From the IMG/VR virus record IMGVR_UViG_2609460344_000022: DNA of 40,873 nucleotides; one strand, given 5' to 3'. Position numbers and translations under genes: made by a program. The DNA is from a virus. Taxonomy: Duplodnaviria; Heunggongvirae; Uroviricota; Caudoviricetes. Under the pieces are notes generated by a model. The model did not search any database and was not told where the DNA came from. It saw only the letters and a list, made by a program, of their open reading frames with translations. This document shows, in pieces, positions 26,972 to 37,106 of the stretch. Positions within the stretch are counted from its first letter, which is position 1. Each line of letters opens with the position of its first letter.

Positions 26972-27505
26972 ATGAGCAGGAAATTCCGCTATGGTTTATC
27001 AGCGGTCGTTCTGGCGCTGATTGCTGCGGGCGCTTCTGCGCCTGAAATCCTCGACCAGTTTCTTGACGAAAAAGAAGGTAACCACACCACGGCATACCGT
27101 GATGGTGCGGGTATCTGGACTATCTGCCGCGGTGCCATCCTGGTGGATGGCAAACCTGTCGTTCCGGGCATGAAGTTGTCGAAGGAAAAATGCGACCGGG
27201 TTAACGCCATTGAGCGTGATAAGGCGCTGGCATGGGTGGAGAAAAACATCAGAGTGCCACTGACCGAACCGCAGAAAGCGGGCATCGCGTCATTCTGTCC
27301 GTACAACATCGGGCCTTCGAAATGCTTCACCTCAACGTTTTACCGGAAACTGAACGCAGGAGACCGGAAAGGTGCATGTGCTGAAATCCGCCGATGGATA
27401 TATGACGGCGGCAGGGACTGTCGGAACCGCTCAAATAACTGTTACGGGCAGGTATCGCGGCGTGACCAGGAGAGCGCGCTGGCGTGCTGGAGTATCGACA
27501 GATAA
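26972..27505 (+). CDS. R: SAR endolysin (T4-lysozyme-like muramidase)
   Basis: 177 aa; N-terminal signal-anchor-release segment (GLSAVVLALIAAGASA) followed by E...D...T catalytic triad region (LDEKEGNHTTAYRDGAGIWTICRG). Confidence 0.85.
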   Translation: MSRKFRYGLSAVVLALIAAGASAPEILDQFLDEKEGNHTTAYRDGAGIWTICRGAILVDGKPVVPGMKLSKEKCDRVNAIERDKALAWVEKNIRVPLTEPQKAGIASFCPYNIGPSKCFTSTFYRKLNAGDRKGACAEIRRWIYDGGRDCRNRSNNCYGQVSRRDQESALACWSIDR

Positions 27506-27597
27506 GCAGAATATTCTGCTGAAAAATGCCGTTGACCAACGCGAACGGATAACACGAAATCCTGCGAACTGGCAAAATTTAAGTGAGTAAAAGTAAA

Positions 27598-27635
27598 AAC
27601 CCCGTTTGTTGGCAGCAAGCGGGGTTTTGTGTTTC
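27598..27635 (+). terminator. Hairpin + T-run between endolysin and Rz
   Basis: CCCCGTTTG...CAAGCGGGG stem followed by TTTTGTGTTT. Confidence 0.35.
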
Positions 27636-27725
27636 TGACCTTGAATAAGGCAAGGGAGAAATTATGGGTAGGGAGGTTCTTTCCCTGTGAGGAAGTATAA
27701 AAGATTCTTTCTGAGGTTGTCCATT

Positions 27726-27839
27726 ATGAAAGGCATTGAGGTGGAGACGCCAGCAAGTCTGGATTTAACAAGAGCGGCAGCTTTTGCCATTCGTATTGTG
27801 GCAATTGCTGTTCTGGTCTGGGCAATCCGTTGGTGGTGA
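27726..27839 (+). CDS. Small membrane peptide (37 aa) upstream of Rz
   Basis: ATG with GAGG SD; hydrophobic C-terminus (AAAFAIRIVAIAVLVWAIRWW); stop 1 nt before Rz ATG. Confidence 0.3.
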   Translation: MKGIEVETPASLDLTRAAAFAIRIVAIAVLVWAIRWW

Positions 27840-27840
27840 T

Positions 27841-28299
27841 ATGAATCGTGTGCTGTATGGCGTGCTTATTGTCCTGCTGCTTGGTTGTGGATCGCTGTGG
27901 CTGGCAACAGACCATTACCGTGATAACGCCATCACCTACAAAGAGCAGCGAGATGATGCGAAGACAAAACTCAGCCAGGCGAACGCCACCATTGCTGACA
28001 TACAGCAGCGCCAGCGTGATGTTGCTGCACTCGATGCCAGATACACCAGGGAGCTTGCTGATGCTAACGCGACTATTGAAAGTCTCCGTGCTGATGTTTC
28101 TGCTGGGCGTAAGCGCCTGCAAGTCGCCGCCACCTGTGCAAAGTCAACGACCGGAGCCAGCGGCATGGGCGATGGAGAAAGCTCAGGACTTACAGCAGAT
28201 GCTGAACTCAATTATTACCGTCTCCGAAGTGGAATCGACAAGATAACCGCGCAGGTTAACTACCTGCAGGAGTACATCAGGATGCAATGCCTCGATTAA
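27841..28299 (+). CDS. Rz: Rz i-spanin
   Basis: 152 aa; N-terminal TM helix, coiled-coil periplasmic domain; follows endolysin. Confidence 0.8.
   Translation: MNRVLYGVLIVLLLGCGSLWLATDHYRDNAITYKEQRDDAKTKLSQANATIADIQQRQRDVAALDARYTRELADANATIESLRADVSAGRKRLQVAATCAKSTTGASGMGDGESSGLTADAELNYYRLRSGIDKITAQVNYLQEYIRMQCLD
28094..28246 (+). CDS. Rz1: Rz1 o-spanin lipoprotein (embedded in Rz, +1 frame)
   Basis: MFLLGVSAC lipobox followed by Pro-rich segment (KSPPPVQSQRPEP); fully nested in Rz. Confidence 0.7.
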   Translation: MFLLGVSACKSPPPVQSQRPEPAAWAMEKAQDLQQMLNSIITVSEVESTR

Positions 28300-28303
28300 C
28301 AGA

Positions 28304-28330
28304 GCCAGCTCAATCGCTGGCCTTTTTTAT
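28304..28330 (+). terminator. Intrinsic terminator after Rz
   Basis: GCCAGC-TCAAT-GCTGGC hairpin + CTTTTTT. Confidence 0.55.
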
Positions 28331-28379
28331 GAGGAGAGATATAACCTGAATCAATGCCAGTGCATTATCAACAAATGGA

Positions 28380-28961
28380 TCACTGGGTAAGCTCGTTTGG
28401 TTTTAAATGTCCGTCGAGAATCAGATTGTGATTTTCCCGATGCAGAACCAGTGTGCCCATATAATCAGGTTTAAATCTCCATCCATTCATTTTTTTTGCA
28501 ATTCTGGACAGACAGTGATTATGTGTGAAAATCACAGTAACATGATCTGATTTTGATATTTTAAGGATATTATTTACTGCGTTATCATCACATGTCGATA
28601 TGTCCGGAATAGTTGCTGTCTTACCTCCCGAAAAAAAAGTGGCTGTCTGCATTGTTCGGAGTGTGTCTGTAGAATAGAGACTGTAGTATGGAAACATTCT
28701 TCTGAATTTATCTCCATATTGTTGAGCTTTGTTAGCTCCGTTTACTGTGATTCCCTCATGTGCTGAAAGACATATTCTTTGGGAGCGATCGCATCTTTCC
28801 CCATGCCGGATGAGAAAAATAATGGGATGTTTCTGGTTAATCTCAGTGACATCGTTCACATCAAGTCTGACTGGAGTTCTTACAATGTATATGATGGATA
28901 CAGAAACGATTATGACAAGTAAAAATATAAGAAGAGATTTTGTTAGCGTTTGATTTAACAT
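28380..28961 (-). CDS. Ais/PmrG-like histidine phosphatase (putative LPS core heptose-phosphate phosphatase)
   Basis: 193 aa from ATG 28961 (AAGGGA SD); RHG motif 'IIFLIRHGERCDRSQRICLSAHEGITVNG' and 'VIFTHNHCLSRIAK...FKPDY' align with recalled E. coli Ais; N-terminal TM/signal; AT-rich; opposite strand to late genes. Confidence 0.75.
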   Translation of the reverse strand: MLNQTLTKSLLIFLLVIIVSVSIIYIVRTPVRLDVNDVTEINQKHPIIFLIRHGERCDRSQRICLSAHEGITVNGANKAQQYGDKFRRMFPYYSLYSTDTLRTMQTATFFSGGKTATIPDISTCDDNAVNNILKISKSDHVTVIFTHNHCLSRIAKKMNGWRFKPDYMGTLVLHRENHNLILDGHLKPNELTQ

Positions 28962-29563
28962 ATAAATTCCCTTGTCTGTGTTGAAAATGGGCATTATTAT
29001 GCGTAAATCTTATGTAATCCTTAAGGATTGTCTGACGTGGTGATATGACGCGAAATACAGTGGGTACACAGAATGCTGTGAACAACGACGAAATGGGCAT
29101 TGGTAGCGGTACTGGTGCTTTTTTTATTGGTTGGTTGCTCAAGTCTTGATAAAGCGCGTTAGCTTTTTGGTATTGCCTCTTAGGTCTGTAAAATTGCCGA
29201 CGGTGTCCGGCAGTGCATGCAGGGCTGATCGTCTATGAGAACAGAATATATTGCTAAAAATGAAGTGTGCGTCAATGCTTATAAAGCATGCAATTCTGTA
29301 TTTCTAACTATTCAATAAAATAAATTCTTTCTGTCGCAGTGAATATACAAATGTTGATCAGCGCTCGATGTGGCGACGGGTTTCTATATCAGGAGACTTT
29401 GGCATTTATCCGCGAGGCAGCCTATCTGGTGCTGTAGTGGAATGAAGCGGATATAACCTAAATAAGGTTAAACATTAATCAGACATGGCTCTGCTGTGTG
29501 AAATCTGAAAATTTACAGCAGTCATTGTGCATCAGTTTTTAACAGAGAACGTCAGAAGGTGAC

Positions 29564-30379
29564 ATGGCAAAGCTGGACTGGAAAAAGCTGGAGCAGGCAT
29601 TTCGACGCGAACATGTCAAAACCGGCATAAAGCTTCAGGATTGGTGCCGTCAGAACAATATCAGTTATGACACGGCTCGGCGGTACATTAAACTGCGCAA
29701 ACACTCCCCCAGAAATACAGAGAAAAGTGCGCAGAAAAATGCGCAAATTGATGATCAAAAAAGTGCGCAGAAATCTGACGGCAACTCCAGTCATGACGAG
29801 CCTTCAGGCGATGATGGTTGTGATGAAAAATGCGCAAATTTGGCAGAAACGAAACGGACTCGTGGTTCCAGACTTTTGCCACCTTCAAATGCTTTTTCTC
29901 AGCGTAACACCCACGCCGTCAGACACCGTGGATACGCGAAGTATCTCGAGGCAGATAACCTCATAGATGATGCAGTCGGAATGGAACTTGCCGATGAACT
30001 GGTGTTTACCCGGGCCCGCGCACTTTCAGTAACAGGAACACTGAAAAAAATGTTCGCCGACCTGAAAGAGGCGGCTGACGTGGAAACCCGCGTTGCTCTG
30101 TACGACAAAATACTCAAAGCTGAACAGGCTCTTGACCGGAATATTGCCCGTATCGAGTCAATTGAACGCTCATTGCTGACGCTGGACGTTCTGGCTGAAA
30201 CAGCACCAAAACTTCGTGCTGACCGGGAAAGAACCAACGCTGCCAGAGATAAACTCAGAGCGGAAACCGATATTCTGACCAGCCAGCGTCGGGGCGTTGT
30301 TACGCCTGTCAGTGACATCGTGTCATCGCTGCATGAAATGAGTAATTCGGGGAGACTGGATGACATTCCGGAAGAATGA
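29564..30379 (+). CDS. Terminase small subunit (putative)
   Basis: 271-aa ORF immediately upstream of and overlapping the large terminase; N-terminal HTH-like segment. Confidence 0.5.
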   Translation: MAKLDWKKLEQAFRREHVKTGIKLQDWCRQNNISYDTARRYIKLRKHSPRNTEKSAQKNAQIDDQKSAQKSDGNSSHDEPSGDDGCDEKCANLAETKRTRGSRLLPPSNAFSQRNTHAVRHRGYAKYLEADNLIDDAVGMELADELVFTRARALSVTGTLKKMFADLKEAADVETRVALYDKILKAEQALDRNIARIESIERSLLTLDVLAETAPKLRADRERTNAARDKLRAETDILTSQRRGVVTPVSDIVSSLHEMSNSGRLDDIPEE

Positions 30380-32066
30380 ACCGCGATGTGATGAACCGTC
30401 AGAAATGACAGAGGCCGAACAACGTCTGTTCATCATGACTAAACTGAGCAATCCCTGGTGGCGGCTCAATCATCTCTACAAGATACAGAACGAAAAAGGT
30501 GAGCTGGTCACCTTCAGAATGCGACCGGCGCAGCGCCAGTTGTTCCGGAGCATGCACAATAAAAATATTATCCTGAAAGCACGCCAGCTGGGGTTTTCCA
30601 CGGCCATTGATATTTATCTTCTCGACCAGGCATTATTCATACCGCATCTCAAATGCGGGATTGTCGCTCAGGATAAACAGGCTGCCAGTGAAATTTTCCG
30701 CACCAAAATTGCTGTACCGTTTGATCATCTTCCTGACTGGCTGAGAGCCTCATTCACCATCGTTGAACGTCGTAGCGGAGCCAGCGGTGGCTATATCCTG
30801 TTTGGGCACGGCTCGAGTATCCAGGTGGCAACCTCATTCCGTTCAGGTACGGTGCAGCGCCTGCATATCTCAGAGCACGGCAAAATTTGCGCAAAATATC
30901 CGGCTAAGGCGAAAGAGCTGCGAACCGGTACACTTAATGCCGTCTCTGATGAGTGCATTATTTTTGATGAATCCACTGCTGAAGGTGTGGGTGGCGATTT
31001 TTACGAGATGAGTAACCGGGCACAGGAAATCACTGCATCAGGGCTGGCGCTGACGCCACAGGATTATAAATTCCATTTTTACGCCTGGTGGCAGGATCTC
31101 AAATACAGCGCCAGAGTGCCGGAAAGCGGACTTAAGCTGTCACGGGAAAAAACAGCGTATTTTTCTGCGGTTGAAAAAGCAATGAACATCACGCTTACCG
31201 ATGAGCAGAAACACTGGTACATCTGCAAGGAAACTGAACAGCGTGAGGAAATGAAGCAGGAGTTTCCCTCAACACCACAGGAGGCGTTTCTGACGTCCGG
31301 ACGACGGGTGTTCAGTGCGGAAAGCACGCTGCAGGCAGAGTCATTCTGTTCGCCACCGCTGATTGTTTATGACATTGAACCGGTTACAGGAACGAAGACC
31401 AAAGCGCAGTCTCTGCGTGACGGGAATAAAGCCGAACAGCACCGGACGCTGATGAATTATCTGCTGGTCTGGGAGCTACCGGATCCGGATGAAGAGTATG
31501 TATGCGGAGCGGATACTGCTGAGGGGCTGGAGCACGGAGACCGCTCATCGCTGGATATCATCAGATGTAGTAATGGTGAGCAGGTAGCCCACTGGTTTGG
31601 TCATCTCGATGCGGAGCTTTTCGCTCATCTCATTGCGCAGGTCTGCCGTATGTACAACAACGCGTTTGTGGGGCCGGAGCGTAACAATCACGGACATGCC
31701 GTTATCCTGAAACTCCGGGAACTCTATCCGACGCGTTATATCTACAACGAACAGCACCTTGACCAGGCATATGACGACGATACGCCCCGTCTTGGCTGGC
31801 TGACAACCCGCCAGAGTAAACCGGTCCTGACTGAGGGAATGAAAACGCTGCTGAATAACGGCCTGTCGGGGATCCGCTGGACGGGCACATTATCAGAAAT
31901 GAACACCTACGTTTATGACGCGAAAGGCTCCATGAATGCACAGGAAGGCTGTTTTGATGATCAGCTTATGAGCTACATGATTGCCCAGGAGATGCGCGCC
32001 AGAATGCCGGTGAGGGTAAGACAGAAAACGGATAAACGCAGAACCACACACTGGATGGCTCACTGA
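30360..32066 (+). CDS. Terminase large subunit
   Basis: 568-aa track ORF (alternative start ATG 30405); Walker A-like 'ILKARQLGFST', Walker B 'CIIFDEST'; precedes portal. Confidence 0.8.
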   Translation: MTFRKNEPRCDEPSEMTEAEQRLFIMTKLSNPWWRLNHLYKIQNEKGELVTFRMRPAQRQLFRSMHNKNIILKARQLGFSTAIDIYLLDQALFIPHLKCGIVAQDKQAASEIFRTKIAVPFDHLPDWLRASFTIVERRSGASGGYILFGHGSSIQVATSFRSGTVQRLHISEHGKICAKYPAKAKELRTGTLNAVSDECIIFDESTAEGVGGDFYEMSNRAQEITASGLALTPQDYKFHFYAWWQDLKYSARVPESGLKLSREKTAYFSAVEKAMNITLTDEQKHWYICKETEQREEMKQEFPSTPQEAFLTSGRRVFSAESTLQAESFCSPPLIVYDIEPVTGTKTKAQSLRDGNKAEQHRTLMNYLLVWELPDPDEEYVCGADTAEGLEHGDRSSLDIIRCSNGEQVAHWFGHLDAELFAHLIAQVCRMYNNAFVGPERNNHGHAVILKLRELYPTRYIYNEQHLDQAYDDDTPRLGWLTTRQSKPVLTEGMKTLLNNGLSGIRWTGTLSEMNTYVYDAKGSMNAQEGCFDDQLMSYMIAQEMRARMPVRVRQKTDKRRTTHWMAH

Positions 32067-34210
32067 TGAAAAATGAAACTAATACCATGGCGACGAAAAA
32101 CGACAACGGAGCCACGCCGCGTTTTTCTCAGCGCCAGTTACAGGCGCTTTGTTCTGATATTGACAGTCAGCCTAAATGGCGCGATGCCGCAAACAAGGCC
32201 TGTGCGTATTACGATGGTGACCAGTTGCCACCAGAAGTTCTTCAGGTACTGAAAGATCGCGGTCAGCCGATGACTATCCATAACCTCATCGCGCCTACCG
32301 TTGATGGTGTTCTGGGAATGGAGGCCAAAACACGGACTGATCTGGTGGTGATGTCAGACGAGCCAGATGATGAAACTGAAAAACTGGCTGAAGCTATTAA
32401 TGCTGAATTTGCCGATGCATGCCGCCTTGGCAATATGAATAAAGCCCGCTCTGATGCCTATGCGGAACAAATCAAGGCGGGGCTCAGCTGGGTGGAGGTC
32501 AGACGGAACAGCGATCCGTTCGGGCCTGAGTTTAAGGTGTCTACTGTCAGCCGGAATGAAGTGTTCTGGGACTGGCTCAGCCGGGAAGCTGATTTAAGTG
32601 ACTGCCGCTGGCTGATGCGCCGCCGCTGGATGGATACCGATGAGGCAAAAGCCACATTCCCGGGAATGGCTCAGGTTATCGATTATGCCATTGATGACTG
32701 GCGTGGTTTTGTCGATACCACGGTTACTGAAGGCCAGCCCAGTCCGTTGATGAGTGCATGGGAAGAGTATCAGTCATGGGATCGTAAGGAGAACGAATGG
32801 CTTCAGCGTGAACGCCGTCGTGTGCTGCTTCAGGTGGTTTATTACCGTACATTCGAGCGTCTTCCGGTGATTGAACTCAGTAATGGACGGGTGGTGGCCT
32901 TTGATAAAAATAATCTGATGCATGCGGTGGCTGTGGCATCCGGGCGGGTGCAGGTGAGAGTCGGGCGGGTAAGTCGTATTCGTGAAGCCTGGTTTGTGGG
33001 ACCGCACTTTATTGTGGATCGCCCCTGCAGTGCGCCGCAGGGGATGTTCCCGCTGGTTCCCTTCTGGGGATACCGGAAGGATAAAACCGGGGAGCCTTAC
33101 GGGCTGATTTCCCGGGCCATTCCGGCACAGGATGAGGTGAATTTTCGTCGTATAAAACTGACGTGGTTGCTTCAGGCCAAACGCGTGATTATGGACGAGG
33201 ATGCCACCCAGTTGTCAGACAACGAGCTGATGGAGCAGATCGAGCGTCCGGATGGCATTATTAAACTGAATCCGGCCCGAAAAAATCAGAAAAGCGTTGC
33301 TGATGTTTTCCGGGTTGAACAGGATTTTCAGGTTGCCAGCCAGCAGTTTCAGGTCATGCAGGAGTCGGAAAAACTTATCCAGGACACGATGGGGGTTTAT
33401 TCCGCATTTCTCGGGCAGGATTCAAATGCATCGTCCGGCGTGGCGATCAGCAACCTGGTGGAGCAGGGAGCCACAACCCTTGCCGAAATCAACGATAACT
33501 ACCAGTTTGCCTGCCAGCAGGTGGGAAGGCTGTTGCTCGCTTATCTTCTCGATGGCCTGAAAAAGCGGCGTAATCATGCGGTGGTGATTAATCGTGATGA
33601 TCGCCAGCGTCGCCAGACCATTGTTCTCAATGCAGAAGGTGATAATGGTGAACTGACCAATGATATTTCAAGGTTAAATACACATATTGCGCTGGCTCCT
33701 GTTCAGCAGACACCGGCGTTTAAGGCACAGCTTGCACAGCGAATGTCAGAGGTTATTCAGGGGCTGCCACCTCAGGTGCAGGCCGTCGTGCTCGACCTGT
33801 GGGTTAACCTTCTGGATGTGCCGCAGAAACAGGAATTTGTCGAACGTATTCGTGCGGCGCTGGGGACACCAAAATCACCGGATGAGATGACCCCGGAAGA
33901 GCAGCAGGCCGCTCAGCAGCAACAGGCCCAGGAGCAGCAACAACAGGAACTGCAGATGCGCGAAATGGCAGGCCGGGTGGCTAAACTGGAAGCAGAAGCT
34001 GCCAGGGCACAGGCAGCTGCGCAACGGGATAATGCTGGCGCACAACGGGATGTCGCCGCGGCACAGGGACAGCGTTATGTGGATGCGCTCAACCAGGCGC
34101 ATACGGCAGAAATCATTACCGGCATACAGAATATGGAACAGGAGCAGGAAGCTCTTCAGCAACAGATGCTACATACACTACAACAGCGGATGCATGAATT
34201 GCCGCTATGA
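32066..34210 (+). CDS. Portal protein
   Basis: 714-aa ORF directly after terminase (ATGA overlap); size and position typical of portal. Confidence 0.7.
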   Translation: MKNETNTMATKNDNGATPRFSQRQLQALCSDIDSQPKWRDAANKACAYYDGDQLPPEVLQVLKDRGQPMTIHNLIAPTVDGVLGMEAKTRTDLVVMSDEPDDETEKLAEAINAEFADACRLGNMNKARSDAYAEQIKAGLSWVEVRRNSDPFGPEFKVSTVSRNEVFWDWLSREADLSDCRWLMRRRWMDTDEAKATFPGMAQVIDYAIDDWRGFVDTTVTEGQPSPLMSAWEEYQSWDRKENEWLQRERRRVLLQVVYYRTFERLPVIELSNGRVVAFDKNNLMHAVAVASGRVQVRVGRVSRIREAWFVGPHFIVDRPCSAPQGMFPLVPFWGYRKDKTGEPYGLISRAIPAQDEVNFRRIKLTWLLQAKRVIMDEDATQLSDNELMEQIERPDGIIKLNPARKNQKSVADVFRVEQDFQVASQQFQVMQESEKLIQDTMGVYSAFLGQDSNASSGVAISNLVEQGATTLAEINDNYQFACQQVGRLLLAYLLDGLKKRRNHAVVINRDDRQRRQTIVLNAEGDNGELTNDISRLNTHIALAPVQQTPAFKAQLAQRMSEVIQGLPPQVQAVVLDLWVNLLDVPQKQEFVERIRAALGTPKSPDEMTPEEQQAAQQQQAQEQQQQELQMREMAGRVAKLEAEAARAQAAAQRDNAGAQRDVAAAQGQRYVDALNQAHTAEIITGIQNMEQEQEALQQQMLHTLQQRMHELPL

Positions 34211-34367
34211 ATATCCTGAACTTAACGGAACCCCGTCATCGTACGGGGTTTTTTGTTTCCGGAGATAAGCGTCCCGGGAGCGGTGCGCTTATTCGCGGGG
34301 GCAGCGATAAGCCTTATTTACTCAACCATTCGGATCTGTCCGATAAACAGACCATGCGGAGTTATTT

Positions 34368-35375
34368 ATGGATTTTGAATTTACAGGTGAAGAAACCCCG
34401 GAACAACTGGAAAAAATGCTGGAAGGACTTGGGGATGTGGATATTGACGGTCACGAACAGGACGGCGTGACAGAGGCCGCCACAGAAAATCATGCGGATG
34501 AGGCAGCACAGACACAGACGGGCGATAACACTGCGGCACCGACGCCGGATGCCAGTGCTGAGCAGACGCAGGACGTGAAGGAGCCGGAGGCGAAGGGTGT
34601 GCTCACCCGCGATGGTAAACACGTCATTCCCTATGAAGTCCTTGAGGCTGAACGTTCCGGTAAGCAGCGGGCCGAACAGGAAGCCGCACTTCTTCGGGGA
34701 CAGATAGCCGAAGAAAAACGCCTGGTTGAACTGCTGACGTCTCAGATTCACCAGGCCGGTATGAAACCCGCACCGTTACCGGAAAACGAAAAAATCTCTG
34801 ATGAGAAGATTGCCCGTATCAGGGAGATGTATCCGGAAATTGGTGACGCGGTGGCTTCGCTTATCCGTAAAAATAACTATCTCCAGTCCCGTGTTCAGCA
34901 ATCAGCACAGCAGGCAGAAGGTCATGGTGGTGAGGATTTATCACCGGTTCTTGATGCAATGAATGACGTGCCGGTGCTGAAAACGTGGCAGAACTCCGAT
35001 CCGGATCGCTTCTCGGTTGCCGTATCCATCGACGGGAAGCTCCAGAATGACCCCGTATGGAAAGACAAACCGCTCACTGAACGTTTCGCCGAAGTGGCCC
35101 GCCGTACGCAGCTCGCTTTCGGTGAAGCCAGTGAGCCGCCTTCTGATGACAAGGCAGACAACACGGATATCCGGAAAACGGCAGAAGAAAAAGTGAAAGC
35201 CGCTGAACGGGAGATGGCAGTGCCTGCTTCCCCGTCAGAGCTTGGCAACACGGCTTCCGTCGGAACCGGTGATAATTTTGAACGGTTACTTGGTGCTTCC
35301 CATACCGAAATTGAAGCAGCCATGCGAGGCATGACGGACGCTGAAATTGACGCGATTCTGGAAAAACTCGGGTAA
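34368..35375 (+). CDS. Scaffolding protein (putative)
   Basis: 335 aa, acidic, coiled-coil rich, between portal and major capsid gene. Confidence 0.45.
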   Translation: MDFEFTGEETPEQLEKMLEGLGDVDIDGHEQDGVTEAATENHADEAAQTQTGDNTAAPTPDASAEQTQDVKEPEAKGVLTRDGKHVIPYEVLEAERSGKQRAEQEAALLRGQIAEEKRLVELLTSQIHQAGMKPAPLPENEKISDEKIARIREMYPEIGDAVASLIRKNNYLQSRVQQSAQQAEGHGGEDLSPVLDAMNDVPVLKTWQNSDPDRFSVAVSIDGKLQNDPVWKDKPLTERFAEVARRTQLAFGEASEPPSDDKADNTDIRKTAEEKVKAAEREMAVPASPSELGNTASVGTGDNFERLLGASHTEIEAAMRGMTDAEIDAILEKLG

Positions 35376-35397
35376 CCACTGAAGGAGTACTGACGTA

Positions 35398-36612
35398 ATG
35401 ACCACAGTAACAACAGCCCAGGCGAATAAGCTGTATCAGGTGGCGCTTTTCACGGCTGCCAACCGAAACCGCTCGATGGTGAATATTCTCACTGAACAGC
35501 AGGATGCACCAAAAGCAGTTTCGCCTGACAAGAAAAGCACGAAGCAGACCAGTGCAGGTGCACCGGTTGTGCGAATCACGGACCTCAACAAACAGGCCGG
35601 TGATGAAGTGACGTTCAGCATCATGCACAAACTCTCTAAACGTCCGACGATGGGGGATGAGCGCGTTGAAGGCCGTGGTGAAGACCTCAGCCATGCTGAT
35701 TTTTCCCTGAAAATTAATCAGGGCCGTCACCTGGTGGATGCGGGCGGACGTATGAGCCAGCAGCGTACGAAGTTCAACCTGGCATCCTCTGCCAGAACGC
35801 TGCTGGGTACGTACTTTAACGACCTGCAAGACCAGTGTGCGATAGTGCATCTTGCCGGTGCCCGCGGTGATTTTGTTGCTGATGACACCATTCTGCCAAC
35901 GGCAGATCACCCTGAATTCAAAAAAATCATGATCAACGACGTACTGCCGCCGACGCATGATCGTCATTTTTTCGGTGGGGATGCGACGAGTTTTGAGAGT
36001 ATTGACCAGTCTGACCTGTTCACCCTTGCGCTGGTCGATAATCTCTCGTTGTTTATTGACGAGATGGCTCATCCGTTACAACCGGTACGCCTGTCCGGTG
36101 ATGAATTGTATGGCGAAGATCCGTATTACGTCCTCTACGTCACGCCGCGTCAGTGGAATGACTGGTACACCTCCACGTCCGGCAAGGACTGGAACCAGAT
36201 GATGACGCGTGCCGTAAACCGCTCAAAAGGTTTTAACCATCCGCTGTTCAAAGGCGAATGTGCGATGTGGCGCAATATTCTGGTCCGTAAGTATGCGGGG
36301 ATGCCGATCCGTTTCTATCAGGGGTCAAAGGTTATGGTGTCGAACAATGACCTTACGGCAACGATGGCAGAAAAGGCTGCTGCAACCAACATCGACCGTG
36401 CCATGCTGCTGGGGGCTCAGGCGCTGGCGAATGCGTACGGTCAGAAGGGCGGCGGTCACTTCAACATGGTTGAGAAGAAAACGGATATGGATAACCGTAC
36501 TGAGATAGCAATCAGCTGGATCAACGGTCTGAAAAAAATCCGTTTCCCCGAGAAGAGCGGCAAGATGCAGGATCACGGCGTGATTGCCATTGATACCGCA
36601 GTGAAGCTGTGA
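35398..36612 (+). CDS. Major capsid protein (putative)
   Basis: 404 aa, strong SD (GGAGTA), followed by hairpin + T-run; position after scaffold. Confidence 0.65.
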   Translation: MTTVTTAQANKLYQVALFTAANRNRSMVNILTEQQDAPKAVSPDKKSTKQTSAGAPVVRITDLNKQAGDEVTFSIMHKLSKRPTMGDERVEGRGEDLSHADFSLKINQGRHLVDAGGRMSQQRTKFNLASSARTLLGTYFNDLQDQCAIVHLAGARGDFVADDTILPTADHPEFKKIMINDVLPPTHDRHFFGGDATSFESIDQSDLFTLALVDNLSLFIDEMAHPLQPVRLSGDELYGEDPYYVLYVTPRQWNDWYTSTSGKDWNQMMTRAVNRSKGFNHPLFKGECAMWRNILVRKYAGMPIRFYQGSKVMVSNNDLTATMAEKAAATNIDRAMLLGAQALANAYGQKGGGHFNMVEKKTDMDNRTEIAISWINGLKKIRFPEKSGKMQDHGVIAIDTAVKL

Positions 36613-36666
36613 TTTTTCCTTTCCCCATGCCGGGTTATCGCCCGGCTTTTTCAGGAGTCATTAATT

Positions 36667-37056
36667 ATGGCAAAGACTATCCTTGCTCCATCACTGAGTG
36701 AGCGGATTTATTCAGGTACGCACGGTAATGAGTCGGTGGCAGAAGGTGTGTTTACAGTGAACGCTGCGGAAGCGGACAGTGTTATTCATCTTCTTTCACT
36801 GCCAGTTGGTATCCGTATCAACTCACTGCAACTGGTTTCAACGGGCGGTCTGGGTACTGCAACCGTCAGCATTAAGTCCGGTGAGCATGTTCTCATCGAT
36901 AACAGCGAAGCTGTTTCTGCAAAATTTGCCAGATATGTGCCCGTGGAGCCGTACACCACACTGCGTGACGGGGAGCTGGTTACTGTCACCATTAAGACTG
37001 CCGCTGCAACCGGCACCCTGAATGTTCTGCTGCGTTATACCGTGGTGGGTTACTGA
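36667..37056 (+). CDS. Hypothetical virion protein
   Basis: 129-aa ORF in structural module. Confidence 0.45.
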   Translation: MAKTILAPSLSERIYSGTHGNESVAEGVFTVNAAEADSVIHLLSLPVGIRINSLQLVSTGGLGTATVSIKSGEHVLIDNSEAVSAKFARYVPVEPYTTLRDGELVTVTIKTAAATGTLNVLLRYTVVGY

Positions 37057-37106
37057 TATAAACCTTCTGGCCCGCGTCATGCGGGCTTTTTTACCCGGGG
37101 AATTAT

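Noticed and set aside
27724-28122. 132-aa minus-strand ORF overlapping Rz/Rz1
   Set aside because: Antisense to the well-supported spanin genes; no SD; considered a shadow ORF
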